From: an uncultured Actinomycetes bacterium
GTDB lineage: Bacteria > Actinomycetota > Thermoleophilia > Gaiellales > JAICJC01
Length of the DNA stretch: 64,000 nt
Reading direction: 5' to 3'
NCBI GenBank assembly: GCA_963720885.1
Contig: CAVRGW010000005.1
Location: forward strand, 871,704 to 935,703
The notes under the pieces were generated by a model. The model had not been told where the DNA came from, searched no databases, and saw only the letters and a program-made list of their open reading frames with translations. Each line of letters begins with the position of its first letter. Within the stretch, counting starts at the first letter, position 1. Of this stretch, positions 8,688 through 24,254 are shown one piece after another. Made by a program: the position numbers and the translations under genes.

Positions 8688-8747
8688 GCGACAGGGGGTC
8701 AGGAACCCTGGCGCATCGGTGCGCCAGGGTTCCTGACCCCCTGTCGC
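8688..8747. repeat. REP/REPIN-like perfect palindrome (class I), 28-bp arms
   Basis: GCGACAGGGGGTCAGGAACCCTGGCGCA-tcgg-TGCGCCAGGGTTCCTGACCCCCTGTCGC. It lies between convergent genes. Confidence 0.9.
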
Positions 8748-8757
8748 AGTCTGCTCG

Positions 8758-9393
8758 CTACGCGGCCGGCGGCGGTGGCAACGGCTGGTTCCATTCGGGG
8801 GAAGGGACGTCGTCCGGCTCATCCTCGGGTTGGAACCAGGGGTAGCGGTCGGTGGTGAGCAGCTGCGCGTAGGCGGTGTAGCGCACGTAGTAACGCTGCG
8901 GGAGCTCCATGATCTCGAAGATGCTCCGCGGGAGACGCCCAGTCACGATGATCACGAACCACGCGACCACCGCCATCAGGCTCTCCAGGACACCGAGCGC
9001 CAACTGCACGAAATACGCCGGGTACTGGAGGATGTATCGGAAGAAGGTCGTCAGCCGCGAAAGATGCTCGGGAACCTCGGCGGTCACCTGGATCGGGTAG
9101 CCGTCGTCGGGCGATCCGGCGCCGAACGGCGGGAACCTGTCCGTCAGCAGGCTGGCGTAGCAGCGCACGCGGGTCGCGTACCGGAGGTATCCCGTCTGGA
9201 ACCCGAACATTCCCTCGGGGTAGCGACCCGTGAAAAGGATCGCGAACCAGGCGATGAACGACAGAACCGTCGCCGCGATCGCGTAGAAGATGAGCACGAA
9301 CAGGTGGGGGATCACCATGAAGATCCGGAAGAAGGTCGTCAGCCGGGACGCATGCTCGTGGTACTCCAGCCGGGTGTGGACGGGATACGCCAC
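8758..9393 (-). CDS. DUF4389-type membrane protein (two internal repeats)
   Basis: SRLTTFFR..IPH..WFAILFTGRYP occurs twice, followed by C-terminal DRYPWFQPE..VPSPEW.QPLPPP. GTG start 9393. Confidence 0.7.
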   Translation of the reverse strand: MAYPVHTRLEYHEHASRLTTFFRIFMVIPHLFVLIFYAIAATVLSFIAWFAILFTGRYPEGMFGFQTGYLRYATRVRCYASLLTDRFPPFGAGSPDDGYPIQVTAEVPEHLSRLTTFFRYILQYPAYFVQLALGVLESLMAVVAWFVIIVTGRLPRSIFEIMELPQRYYVRYTAYAQLLTTDRYPWFQPEDEPDDVPSPEWNQPLPPPPAA

Positions 9394-9402
9394 GCGTTGT
9401 CC

Positions 9403-10095
9403 CTACGCCTCCGACGGGGGCGGAAGCGGCTGATCCCACTCGGGCGACGGCACGTTGCCCTGCTCGCTCTCCGGCTGGAACCATGGATACCGGTCGGTCA
9501 CCAGGTTCCCGAATGACTGGAGCCGGATCGAGTACCGGTACGGCAGCTCGATCAGCTCGAACAGCGTCGCCGGGAACCGGCCCGTGATCAGGATCGCGAA
9601 CCACGCCACGATCGACACCAGCCAGCCGAACAGCCACAGGAAGAACACGACGATGTACGCCGGTAGCAGGTACAGCTCCACGAGGGCCGTCACGGGACTG
9701 ATCCGCGTCAGCACGTTGGTGATCACGTCCGGCACGCGCAGCGCGGTGGTCAGGCGCGAGAGGTGGTCGGCGCGCTCGATCGAGTACGCCACGTTCGGGT
9801 ACGCGCCCTCCTCGTCACGCCCGTGGAACGGCGGGAACCGGTCGGTCAGCAGCCAGTAAAACGCGCCGATCCGGCTGGTGTAGCGCAGGTAGCGCTCCTG
9901 CCACTCCAGCGACCCCTGCGGGTACTGGCCCTTGGCCAGGATCGCAAACCACGCGTACAGCGTCACGAACCCGGCGGCGATCGAGTAGCCGATCCACCAG
10001 ATCACGTGCGGGATCATCATGATCCCGCGGAAGAATGTCGTCAGCCGCGAATAGCGCTCGGCGCGCTGAACTCTGAGCCGTACCGGATATGCCAC
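9403..10095 (-). CDS. DUF4389-type membrane protein, tandem paralogue of 8758..9393
   Basis: Same motifs as its neighbour (SRLTTFFRGIMMIPH, WFAILAKGQYP, WFAILITGRFP, DRYPWFQPE). Start set to GTG 10095 (VAYPV, as in the paralogue), downstream of the atpC stop. Confidence 0.7.
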   Translation of the reverse strand: MAYPVRLRVQRAERYSRLTTFFRGIMMIPHVIWWIGYSIAAGFVTLYAWFAILAKGQYPQGSLEWQERYLRYTSRIGAFYWLLTDRFPPFHGRDEEGAYPNVAYSIERADHLSRLTTALRVPDVITNVLTRISPVTALVELYLLPAYIVVFFLWLFGWLVSIVAWFAILITGRFPATLFELIELPYRYSIRLQSFGNLVTDRYPWFQPESEQGNVPSPEWDQPLPPPSEA

Positions 10096-10120
10096 GCCGT
10101 GTTGTTCGGCGTGCCCGGGC

Positions 10121-12543
<2,423 letters not shown>

Positions 12544-12742
12544 CGGGGTCTCATCATCTAGACGTCGCGGCCCGGATGAAGTTTGCCACCACGCGTGGCA
12601 GCGTCGGCCGCGGGGAAGCATCGGCAGCGCCGGCCTCGTCCCTGAGCGCTTGCTCGCGGGACAGCGCCGACGCCACACGGGCGTCGTGGTCGAGCCGTCA
12701 GACTCTGTTGGAAACGGTGGAGATCAGCGGCATACGACCACG

Positions 12743-13144
12743 TTAGACGAGTGCGCGCCGTCCGTCGATGATCGTGCCCAGCACGATCAATACGACTCCC
12801 ATTCCCAGCAGGAAGCCGGCGGTCGCGAGCGACTCGCCCCGCTCCTCGCCGGTCGCCCAGCGGATCGGCCCGCCGCCGCGCGTGCCCAGCATGCCCCCGA
12901 CCGGCGACGGCGGCTCCTCCTCGGCCGCGCTCCGCAGCGGTCGCACCGGCGGCTTGATGCCCTGGAACAGCCCAAGCACGATGCAGATCACGGCGACCAC
13001 GTAGAGGCCGACCGACACCGACCGCCGGACGGACGAGCCGGCGAGCAGGCCGAGGGCGATCGAGGCAAGCACGGTGACGGCCAGGACGACGCTGAAGATC
13101 AGGCCCATCCGCCGCAGCCCGGCGAGGAGCTCCGAGCGGGTCAT
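12743..13144 (-). CDS. hypothetical small membrane protein (3 predicted TM segments)
   Basis: 133-aa ORF with hydrophobic stretches and high GC3. Its ATG lies 5 nt after the upstream ABC ATPase stop. Confidence 0.5.
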   Translation of the reverse strand: MTRSELLAGLRRMGLIFSVVLAVTVLASIALGLLAGSSVRRSVSVGLYVVAVICIVLGLFQGIKPPVRPLRSAAEEEPPSPVGGMLGTRGGGPIRWATGEERGESLATAGFLLGMGVVLIVLGTIIDGRRALV

Positions 13145-13148
13145 CGGC

Positions 13149-14186
<1,038 letters not shown>

Positions 14187-14207
14187 GGAGGTCTTGGTCC
14201 CTTCAGG

Positions 14208-15231
<1,024 letters not shown>

Positions 15232-15253
15232 AGAGGGGGATGGTACGTGATGG

Positions 15254-16264
15254 TCAGCCGAGCCGGATGCGCGGATCGATCCAGGCGTACAGCAGGTCGA
15301 CGATCAGGTTGAAGATGATCACAACCACAGAGGCGAACACCACCACCCCCAGCGTGATCGGGTAGTCGAACTGGCTGAGCGACTTGATCGCCACGTAGCC
15401 GAGGCCGGGGAGGCTGTACACCGACTCCAGCAGCACGGCGCCACCGAGCGCCAGCGCCACGTCCATGCCGAATGCCGTGACCACGGGCAGCATGGCGTTG
15501 CGCAGCACGTGCTGCGTCAGAACGCGCCGCTCCGGCGCGCCCTTGGCGCGGGCCGTTCGGACGTAGTCCTCGTTCTGCACCTCCATCACCTGCGACCGGA
15601 CGAGCCGGACGTAGAACGCGGCGTACAGGAACGCGAACACGGACCAGGGCAGCAGCAGGTGGTAGAACCAGTCGACCGGCCCGCCGCAGGTCTCGCCGGG
15701 GGCTGCACCGCTGAACGAGCAATAGCCCTGGATCGGGAGCAGCGTGAATGCCGGGAAGTTGAAGAAGAGGAAGTGCCCGGTGGTCGGGATGTAGCCCAGG
15801 AAGTAGGAGCCGATCAGCGCCAGCCACACCGGGTGCACCGAGATGCCGGCCAGCACGAAGACCATCGAGAAGCGGTCGAGCGCGGAGCGCGGCCGCAGCG
15901 CGGAGAGCACGCCGATCGGAATGGCGATCAGCATCCAGAGGATCGCGGCGCCGATTACCAGGGACGCCGTGATCGGAGCCGCCGACTTGATCACGTCGTT
16001 GACGCTCTGCCGGTTGGCGTACGAGTAGCCGAGGTTGCCGTGCAGCACCAGCTGATCGAGGAAGTGCAGGTACTGCTTCCAGATCGGTTGATCCAGGTAC
16101 AGCTGGTGCGCCACCCGCTTGACGTCGGCCGGCGTCGCCGCCTTGCCTGCGGCCAACCGGGCCGGATCCACGGGGATCATATAGAAGATGACGAAAGTGA
16201 CCAGAGTGACGGCGATGAAGAGCACCACCGCCCACAAGAGCCTTCTGATGATGTAACGGATCAT
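15254..16264 (-). CDS. ABC transporter permease (OppB/DppB-like)
   Basis: 336 aa: MIRYIIRRLLWAVVLFIAVTLVTFVIF.., with EAA-like region VRTARAKGAPERRVL.HVLRNA. Confidence 0.9.
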   Translation of the reverse strand: MIRYIIRRLLWAVVLFIAVTLVTFVIFYMIPVDPARLAAGKAATPADVKRVAHQLYLDQPIWKQYLHFLDQLVLHGNLGYSYANRQSVNDVIKSAAPITASLVIGAAILWMLIAIPIGVLSALRPRSALDRFSMVFVLAGISVHPVWLALIGSYFLGYIPTTGHFLFFNFPAFTLLPIQGYCSFSGAAPGETCGGPVDWFYHLLLPWSVFAFLYAAFYVRLVRSQVMEVQNEDYVRTARAKGAPERRVLTQHVLRNAMLPVVTAFGMDVALALGGAVLLESVYSLPGLGYVAIKSLSQFDYPITLGVVVFASVVVIIFNLIVDLLYAWIDPRIRLG

Positions 16265-16348
16265 GGTCGGGAGATTGCCGGGGCGCCGGCGAGAAACCGG
16301 CGCCCCGACTGGTATTCCCTGGAGTCTACCGACTCCAAACGCATTCGA

Positions 16349-18055
16349 CTATGAGCGGAGGCAGAGAGTGTTCAGGGCGAACCCGTAGGAGCCCTGATTC
16401 ACCTGGCACCCGATCTTGGGACCGAAGAAATCGATATTCGTTCCCGTGGCGCGAGATGCCCACGGCGCCGGCCCCTTGGCCAGGTCGGTCGCGATCTGCC
16501 CGTAGGTCTTGTCGCGCTCCTCTCCGGTCAGCTGGTTGGCGTCGTCCATCCGCTTGTTGAACGAGGGATCGTTGAAGAACGAGAAGTTGTTGCCACCCGT
16601 CTCCGGGATGATCTCGCCGTTCAGCAGGATGTTGATGAAGTCGTACGCGTCGTAGTAGTCCGCGATCCAACCCTCATCAGCGATGTCGAACGGCTCGCCC
16701 TTGTTCCCTTCCTTGGTGAACTGGACGCCTCGGTCGAACTCCTTGATCTGAACGTCGATCCCGATGGCCTTCAGCTCCTGCTGGATGACCGCGGCGCGGT
16801 CGGGGCAGGGCTGCTGGTTGCAGGTGTACAGCACCGCGGTCAGCGGCGTCTGCACGCCGGACTCCTGCATCAGCTGCTTCGCCTTGTCGACGTCGCTCGA
16901 GTCGAGCGGGTAGACCGACTCCTCGAAGCCGGCGGACGGGAACTGCGGAGGCAGGTACTTGTCCGTCGGAATGCCGGCGCCATAGCCGGACGGCTGCAGG
17001 ATGTCCTTGCGGTTGATCGCCCAGTTGACCGCCTGGCGAACCTTCTCGTTCGAGAACGTGTCGCGCGACGTGTTCAGGGCGAGGTACGAGATGACCGCTG
17101 CAGGCGTGATGAAGAACCGCTGCGGGCCACCCGCGGTGCCGTCCGGGCCGAACTCCTTGTTGAGCTGGAAGTTCTGCGCGGGGACGACCGCGTCGTTGAT
17201 GTAGTCGAGCTGGCCGTTCTTCGCCTCCAGGGTGCCCTGGTTCGGATCGATGGTCAGCTGCGTGTAGTCGATCTCAGCGGCGTACGCCGGTCGATCGCCC
17301 GTGTAGTTCGGGTTCTTCTTCAGCACGATCGAGCGGTTCGGCGTGTAGTCCGCGATGTAGTACGGGCCAGCGCCTGCGGGCGTGTGGACGCCCTTCGGGT
17401 CGACAGGCGTGTCCTTCGTGACGGCGCACGCGAACGGCGTCGTCAGCTTCGAGATCAGGCCGCCGTCCTTCTTGGTCAGGTGGATGATCAGCTTGTCCCC
17501 GTCCACCTGGATGCCGGACACGTGCTCACCGGGCTTGCCCTTGAAGTCCGAGGCGCCCTCGATGAACGGTGCCAGGAAGACCGCACCGAAGTAGCTCTGC
17601 TGCTTCGGGTTGATGTCGCGCTCCAGCGCGTACTGGAACGACTCGGCGGTCACCGGCTCGCCGGTGTTGAACTTGAACTTGCCGGCAGGCACGGTGTACG
17701 TGTACGTCAGGCCGTCGGCGGAGATCTCCGGCAGCGAGGACGCCGCCTCCGGGTAGATCACACGACCCTGGTCGCCAGCCTCATCCTTGTAGTTGGTGAG
17801 CTTGACGCAGGTCGAGTACTCGATCTGCCAGGTCGACTGGTAGTACGCCAGGGCCGGATCGAGGTAGTCGATGTTGCCCGCCAGCGCGATCTTGACGGTC
17901 CCGCCGTCCTGGTGAGGAGGGATCGCCTCGCTTCCGCCCGATCCACCGCCACCGCTACTGCTGCTGCTGCTACTGCCGCAGCCGGCTAGGCCGAGCATGC
18001 TCGCGCCCGCGACGAGCGCCGTGAGCGCCAGCCACAAACCTGGTCGTCTCTTCAT
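16349..18055 (-). CDS. ABC transporter substrate-binding lipoprotein, family 5 (OppA/DppA-like)
   Basis: Start set to ATG 18055: MKRRPGLWLALTALVAGASMLGLAGC (lipobox), followed by a Ser/Gly linker and an SBP_bac_5-like body. Confidence 0.85.
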   Translation of the reverse strand: MKRRPGLWLALTALVAGASMLGLAGCGSSSSSSSGGGGSGGSEAIPPHQDGGTVKIALAGNIDYLDPALAYYQSTWQIEYSTCVKLTNYKDEAGDQGRVIYPEAASSLPEISADGLTYTYTVPAGKFKFNTGEPVTAESFQYALERDINPKQQSYFGAVFLAPFIEGASDFKGKPGEHVSGIQVDGDKLIIHLTKKDGGLISKLTTPFACAVTKDTPVDPKGVHTPAGAGPYYIADYTPNRSIVLKKNPNYTGDRPAYAAEIDYTQLTIDPNQGTLEAKNGQLDYINDAVVPAQNFQLNKEFGPDGTAGGPQRFFITPAAVISYLALNTSRDTFSNEKVRQAVNWAINRKDILQPSGYGAGIPTDKYLPPQFPSAGFEESVYPLDSSDVDKAKQLMQESGVQTPLTAVLYTCNQQPCPDRAAVIQQELKAIGIDVQIKEFDRGVQFTKEGNKGEPFDIADEGWIADYYDAYDFINILLNGEIIPETGGNNFSFFNDPSFNKRMDDANQLTGEERDKTYGQIATDLAKGPAPWASRATGTNIDFFGPKIGCQVNQGSYGFALNTLCLRS

Positions 18056-18149
18056 CGAACCTTCTTCCCGTCGGACTTCGGATCCGGGCCCCTCCGGACC
18101 ATGGGATCCCCAATCGCTCACCGTCTAGGACGGAGCACCGACGGGAAAG

Positions 18150-19172
18150 TTAGAGCGATGCGCGCGGGTCGAGCGCGTCGCGCAGGCCGTCGCCGAGCAG
18201 GTTGAACGACAGCGTCACGATCAGCAGCATCAGGCCCGGCCAGACGATCAGCCAGGGTTGGATCGTGTAGAACTGCACCGCCTGATCGAGCAGCTTGCCC
18301 CAGCTCGCGTTCGGCTCCGGCAGGCCCACGCCGAGGAACGACAGCGTCGATTCGAGCAGGATGTTGATCGCGATCGTCACCGTGCCGTAGACGATGATCG
18401 TCCCGACCAGGTGCGGCAGCAGGTGCGAGCGCATGATCCGGAAGTTCGAGGAGCCGACCATGCGCGCGGCCTCGACGAACTCCTTCTCGCGCAGCGAGAG
18501 CACCTGCGATCTGATGATGCGCGCCGGGTAGAACCACGAGAACAGGGTGATCACCAGCACGAGGCTGAACACTCCTGGATATAACAGCCCGCCGAACGTG
18601 ATGTCGTTCAACCGGTCGCCGAGCGTCGCCGAGAGCGCGATCAGGAACAGCAGCAGCGGGAACGCCATGATGATCTCGGTCAACCGGGACACCAGCGTGT
18701 CCGTCGCCCCGCCGTAGTAGCCGGCGAGCATGCCCGTGATCACCCCCAGCATCAGCCCGAAGGTGGTCGCCAGGATGCCGACCTCGAGGGAGACGCGTGC
18801 GCCGTAGAGCAGGCGCAGGAACTCGTCGCGGCCGACCAGGTCGGATGCGCCGAGCACCAGCATCGTCTGCCCGCCCTTGCCATCCGAGACCTCAGACCAC
18901 GGGCCAACCGGCTCGTAGTTCTCGACGCCGCCCGAGATGATGTCGTTCGGGCCGTGCCCGACGATCCTCTCGGCGATCGGCGCTCCGACGAAGGCCAGCA
19001 GGATCATGAAGATGATCATCACGCCGCTGACGATCGCCAGCCGGTCCCGCTTCAGCCGTCTCCAGGCCTGCTGCCACGGACTCCGGGCCTCGACGCCGCT
19101 GAGTCCCTCTGCCTCGTACCCCCCACCGGCGAGCGGCTCGACAACGGTGGTGGTTCGGACGTCTACCGACAT
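18150..19172 (-). CDS. ABC transporter permease (OppC/DppC-like)
   Basis: 340 aa with EAA-like region VEAARMVGSSNFRIMRSHLLPH and multiple TM segments. Confidence 0.9.
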   Translation of the reverse strand: MSVDVRTTTVVEPLAGGGYEAEGLSGVEARSPWQQAWRRLKRDRLAIVSGVMIIFMILLAFVGAPIAERIVGHGPNDIISGGVENYEPVGPWSEVSDGKGGQTMLVLGASDLVGRDEFLRLLYGARVSLEVGILATTFGLMLGVITGMLAGYYGGATDTLVSRLTEIIMAFPLLLFLIALSATLGDRLNDITFGGLLYPGVFSLVLVITLFSWFYPARIIRSQVLSLREKEFVEAARMVGSSNFRIMRSHLLPHLVGTIIVYGTVTIAINILLESTLSFLGVGLPEPNASWGKLLDQAVQFYTIQPWLIVWPGLMLLIVTLSFNLLGDGLRDALDPRASL

Positions 19173-19227
19173 CGTGATCGCAGAATACCGGTCGGACCGG
19201 CGTTGGGCAACAGCAGTGGGACGACCG

Positions 19228-19770
19228 TCACGGGCGGGCCGCCGGGACGGGCGGGTTCGTGCCCCTCGGGCCGAAGTAGTTGACCTTCCAGGCGTCCCCG
19301 GCCGGCACGAGCTCCATGAAGAACTCGCCGGACTTGACGTCGGGGCTGCTGGATGCGATCAGAAGCAGCAATAACACGCTCTTTTCCCGGGATCGCACGA
19401 CTTTGAACGTCGTTCCGCCGTAGGCGGACGCCTCGAACGGCTGCACCGGGATCGAGCCGGTCTCCCACTGGCTGCGTGTCAGGTCGGCGTGCACGGTGGG
19501 CGTGCTGATCGCCCAGCCGTCGGCCAGGTCCTTGCGCAGCACCGCGTCGTCGATGAACTTCTTGCCGACGTCGACCGCGTCCTTGGGCAGAGGGATCTTG
19601 GCGCCGTACTGCTGGACGTCCGTGCCCGGCACGACCTTGACCGGCGCAGCGCTGTCCTCGGAGCGGACATTCAGGTAGGCGACCGTCCCCGCGAAGAAGA
19701 CGACCGCCGCGATGACGTATCCGGCACGGCGCACAGCAGTGCGGTCCCAGAGCGACAGAACGCGGTTCAC
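19228..19770 (-). CDS. hypothetical membrane-anchored protein
   Basis: ORF 19228..19794. I prefer GTG 19770, which overlaps the upstream stop as GTGA. One N-terminal TM segment (YVIAAVVFFAGTVAYL). Confidence 0.5.
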   Translation of the reverse strand: MNRVLSLWDRTAVRRAGYVIAAVVFFAGTVAYLNVRSEDSAAPVKVVPGTDVQQYGAKIPLPKDAVDVGKKFIDDAVLRKDLADGWAISTPTVHADLTRSQWETGSIPVQPFEASAYGGTTFKVVRSREKSVLLLLLIASSSPDVKSGEFFMELVPAGDAWKVNYFGPRGTNPPVPAARP

Positions 19771-21275
19771 CGTGACGATTGTACCCACCCCCATTGATTG
19801 AAATGCGGCAGTCCGGCAGCGTCGAAGACGGCACCGTCGACTCCAGGTTGGACGACGAACGGCGCGCCGGAAAATGTGAGCGGGATCACAATCGCCGATC
19901 GTAGCTCGGCCACGGCCGTCGCGCGTTGCAGCTCCTGCCGCTTCTCGATGTCACGCGTCGTGCGGCTCTCGTCCAGCAGCTTGCGCGCCTCGCCGCCCAG
20001 GGCCAGCGGGCCGACGATGGCGTCGGCGGTGGGATACGCGGCGGACAGCCGCACCACCCGCAGCGCGCCGGATGCCCGCTCGGTCAGCGCCGCCGGGAGC
20101 CCGACCGCTCGCAGGGCGGCCACGACCTGGCTCGCAACCACGCTCAGCTCGTCGTCCTCCGGGTACACCCGCAGCTTCTCCGGGCTCCCGCCCAGGTTCG
20201 ACGACGCGGCAGCCGGGTCGTAGCGGTAGATCGTGGCCCCGGGGACGTAACCCGGCGTGGTCACCGGGATCAGGCCGTCCGCGGGCGTGCCGCCGCCGGA
20301 CGCCGCGGCGGCGCCGACCGGGTCGTTGGCGTGCGCGATCGCCTGCCGCTCCGACAGGCTGGTCACGACCTGGGGCGGGACCAGCAGGGCCGTCAGCGCC
20401 TCCAGCGGCCGGATCACCAGCCGGCGGGACAGCAGCGGATCGGACATCGTCACCTTCAGCTGCGAGGCCGGAAGCGGGGTCGCGTCGAACCGGCCGTCCC
20501 GGAACCCGCTGACGGCCGCGCGGGCGCCGACCGAGCCGCGCAGGATCGTCAGGTCGACGCCGGCGACCTTCACCGCGCCCGTGGTGCGCACCAGGCTGAT
20601 GCTGGAGCCGCGCACCCAGCTCTCGATCCGGAACGAGCCGCAGCCGACCGGGGTCTGCTCGAACGCCGCGCGCTCCTCCGGGGTGTCCGCCAGGTCGGGC
20701 GGAAAGGCGAACGTGCCGGGGTTCGAGAACACCGCCGGCAGGTCGGCGAACGGCGCGGACAGAGTCACCGACAGACGGTCGGGCGCCAGCGCCCGCACGC
20801 CGGGCAGCGACGTCACGCCGGGGTCGAGCCCGCAGCGCTCGGCGCCGTCGATCAGCCGCAGCAGCGGTGCGGCGGGGGCGCCGGTGGAGCAGACGATCGC
20901 CCAGTCGCGGACGAACGTGTCCGCCGTGACCGGCTCGCCGTCGGTGAACGTGACGTCCTTGCGCAGCCGGAACGTGAACGTCTTCAGGTCGTCGGACGCC
21001 TTCCACGAGCGGGCCAGCACGGGCACCACACCGGCCCCGGAAGGATCGGTGTCGAACAGCCCGGCGAACACGCTGCGCTCGACGGTCAGCTCGGACGGGG
21101 ACGACGCCGCGAGCGGGGTGACCGAGACCGGGTCGTCGGACAGCACGTAGGAGATCGCCGGCCCCGCCGCGGGCGGCGGCCCGGTCGTCGGCCCGCCCGT
21201 CGCGCCGCCGCCGCAGCCCGTGGCAAGGACGACGCAGACCAGTGCTGCGGGGGCGCTACTGCAGCGCGTCCGCAC
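19767..21275 (-). CDS. family-5 solute-binding-protein-like lipoprotein
   Basis: Start set to GTG 21275: VRTRCSSAPAALVCVVLATGC (lipobox). SBP_bac_5-like segments (ARSWKASDDLKTFTFRLRKDVTFTDGEPV). It overlaps the atpG 3' end by 20 nt. Confidence 0.65.
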   Translation of the reverse strand: MRTRCSSAPAALVCVVLATGCGGGATGGPTTGPPPAAGPAISYVLSDDPVSVTPLAASSPSELTVERSVFAGLFDTDPSGAGVVPVLARSWKASDDLKTFTFRLRKDVTFTDGEPVTADTFVRDWAIVCSTGAPAAPLLRLIDGAERCGLDPGVTSLPGVRALAPDRLSVTLSAPFADLPAVFSNPGTFAFPPDLADTPEERAAFEQTPVGCGSFRIESWVRGSSISLVRTTGAVKVAGVDLTILRGSVGARAAVSGFRDGRFDATPLPASQLKVTMSDPLLSRRLVIRPLEALTALLVPPQVVTSLSERQAIAHANDPVGAAAASGGGTPADGLIPVTTPGYVPGATIYRYDPAAASSNLGGSPEKLRVYPEDDELSVVASQVVAALRAVGLPAALTERASGALRVVRLSAAYPTADAIVGPLALGGEARKLLDESRTTRDIEKRQELQRATAVAELRSAIVIPLTFSGAPFVVQPGVDGAVFDAAGLPHFNQWGWVQSSR

Positions 21276-22132
21276 CCGCGACGACCTCGAGGATCTCCTG
21301 GGTGATCGCTGCCTGTCGGGCACGGTTCATCTTCAGCGTGTAGTCGTCGATCAGCACGCCCGCGTTCTCCGACGCGTTGCGCATCGCCGTCATTCTGGCG
21401 CCGTGCTCGGACGCCGTCGACTCGAGCAGCGCGCGGTACACCTGGATCTCGAGGTACGCGGGAACCAGCTCGTTGAGCACCTCGGTGACGTCCGGCTCGT
21501 ACTCGTACGAGCCCTCGATCTTGACCGCCTCGGCGCCGGCCAGCGCGGTGTCGGGCACGGGCAGCAGCTCGACCTCGTCCAGCCGCTGCTGGAGCGGCGA
21601 GATGAAGTGGTTGTAGACCATCACCACGCGGTCGACCTCGCCCTCCGAGTAGAGGGCGGCCACCCGCTCCGCGATCGCCTGGGCGTCCGCATAGGTGGGC
21701 CGGTCGGTGAACCCCGTGTACGACTGGGCGATGTCCTGTCGCCGGAAGCGCAGCGACGACGCGCCGCGACGGCCGACGGCCAGCCAGGTCACCTCGTGGC
21801 CCTGCGCCCGCGACTCCCGGGCGAGCTCCAGCGACCGCCGTACCACGCTGGCGTTGAAGCGCGCCGGCCAGACCACGGTCGCCGGCGATCGCGATCACTG
21901 CGACCCGGGTCGTGTCGCGCCGGGCAAGCAACGGCTGGTCGTGCGCGTTGGGCGTCGCCGCGGCAACGTCCAGCATCAGCTGCTGCATGCTGTCGGCGTA
22001 CGGCCGAAGCGCCTCGATCCTGGCCTGGGCGCGGCGCAGCCGCGACCCGGCAACCAGCTCCATCGCCTTGGTGATCTTCTGCGTATTGCTGACGGATCGG
22101 ATCCGCCGGCGGATGTCCTGGAGAGTGGCCAT
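21256..22132 (-). pseudogene. atpG: F0F1 ATP synthase subunit gamma, frameshifted as sequenced (1-nt insertion near 21860-21864)
   Basis: [38 protein letters not shown] | FNASVVRR..MTAMRNASENA are in two frames. Observed ggcgcgcttcaac; ggcgcgttcaac would be in frame. 877 nt minus 1 gives 292 codons. Confidence 0.9.
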
Positions 22133-22136
22133 CCGG

Positions 22137-23687
<1,551 letters not shown>

Positions 23688-23691
<4 letters not shown>

Positions 23692-24254
23692 GCTTCGCTC
23701 CCTGTGGGCAGTGGTGTGGTGGTCAGGGCGAGCCGGAGATCGTCCAGCTCGCGCTTGACGGAGGCATCGAGCAGGACACCGCGGGCCCGCAGCACGAGGC
23801 CGCCGATGATGGAGGGATCGACCGACGGCGCCAGCCGCGCGGTCAGGCCGGTGGCGGACGAGATGCGCTCCTGGATACGGTCGACCTCCGCCTGATCGAG
23901 CGGCACGGCCGAGGTCACCTCGACGTCGAGGATCCGCTCCTCGACCGCCGACATCTCGTGGAACGCCACCTGGACGTCGTGCAGGAACCCCAGCCGGCCG
24001 TTGTCGACCAGCACCATCAGCGCATTGCGCGCCAGCGGGTCTGCGTCGGTCATCAGCGCTTCGATCACCCGCTTCTTCGACTCATGCGGCAGCTGCGGGT
24101 CGAGCATCGTCCGCCGCAGCTCGACGCTGCCGTCGAACAGCTCGGCGATCGCGGCCATGTCGCGGTCGACCTCGTCGACCTTGCCGGCGTCGACCGCGGC
24201 CTCGTACAGCGCCGTCGCGTAGACCCGTGCTCCTGCCTCGATGCGCTCAGCCAT
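23688..24254 (-). CDS. atpH: F0F1 ATP synthase subunit delta (OSCP)
   Basis: 188 aa, positioned between atpF and atpA, with C-terminal [11 protein letters not shown]. Confidence 0.85.

Noticed and set aside
12554-12733. 60-codon frame with a single in-frame TGA (12698-12700) and a GACGCC-cgtgt-GGCGTC hairpin 13 nt downstream, considered as a selenocysteine/SECIS candidate
   Set aside because: There is no redox motif (no Cys/Sec pair), no homology I can recognise, and the hairpin is short and generic for this GC content. The region lies in the indel-rich stretch, so a base error or a decayed gene is more likely.
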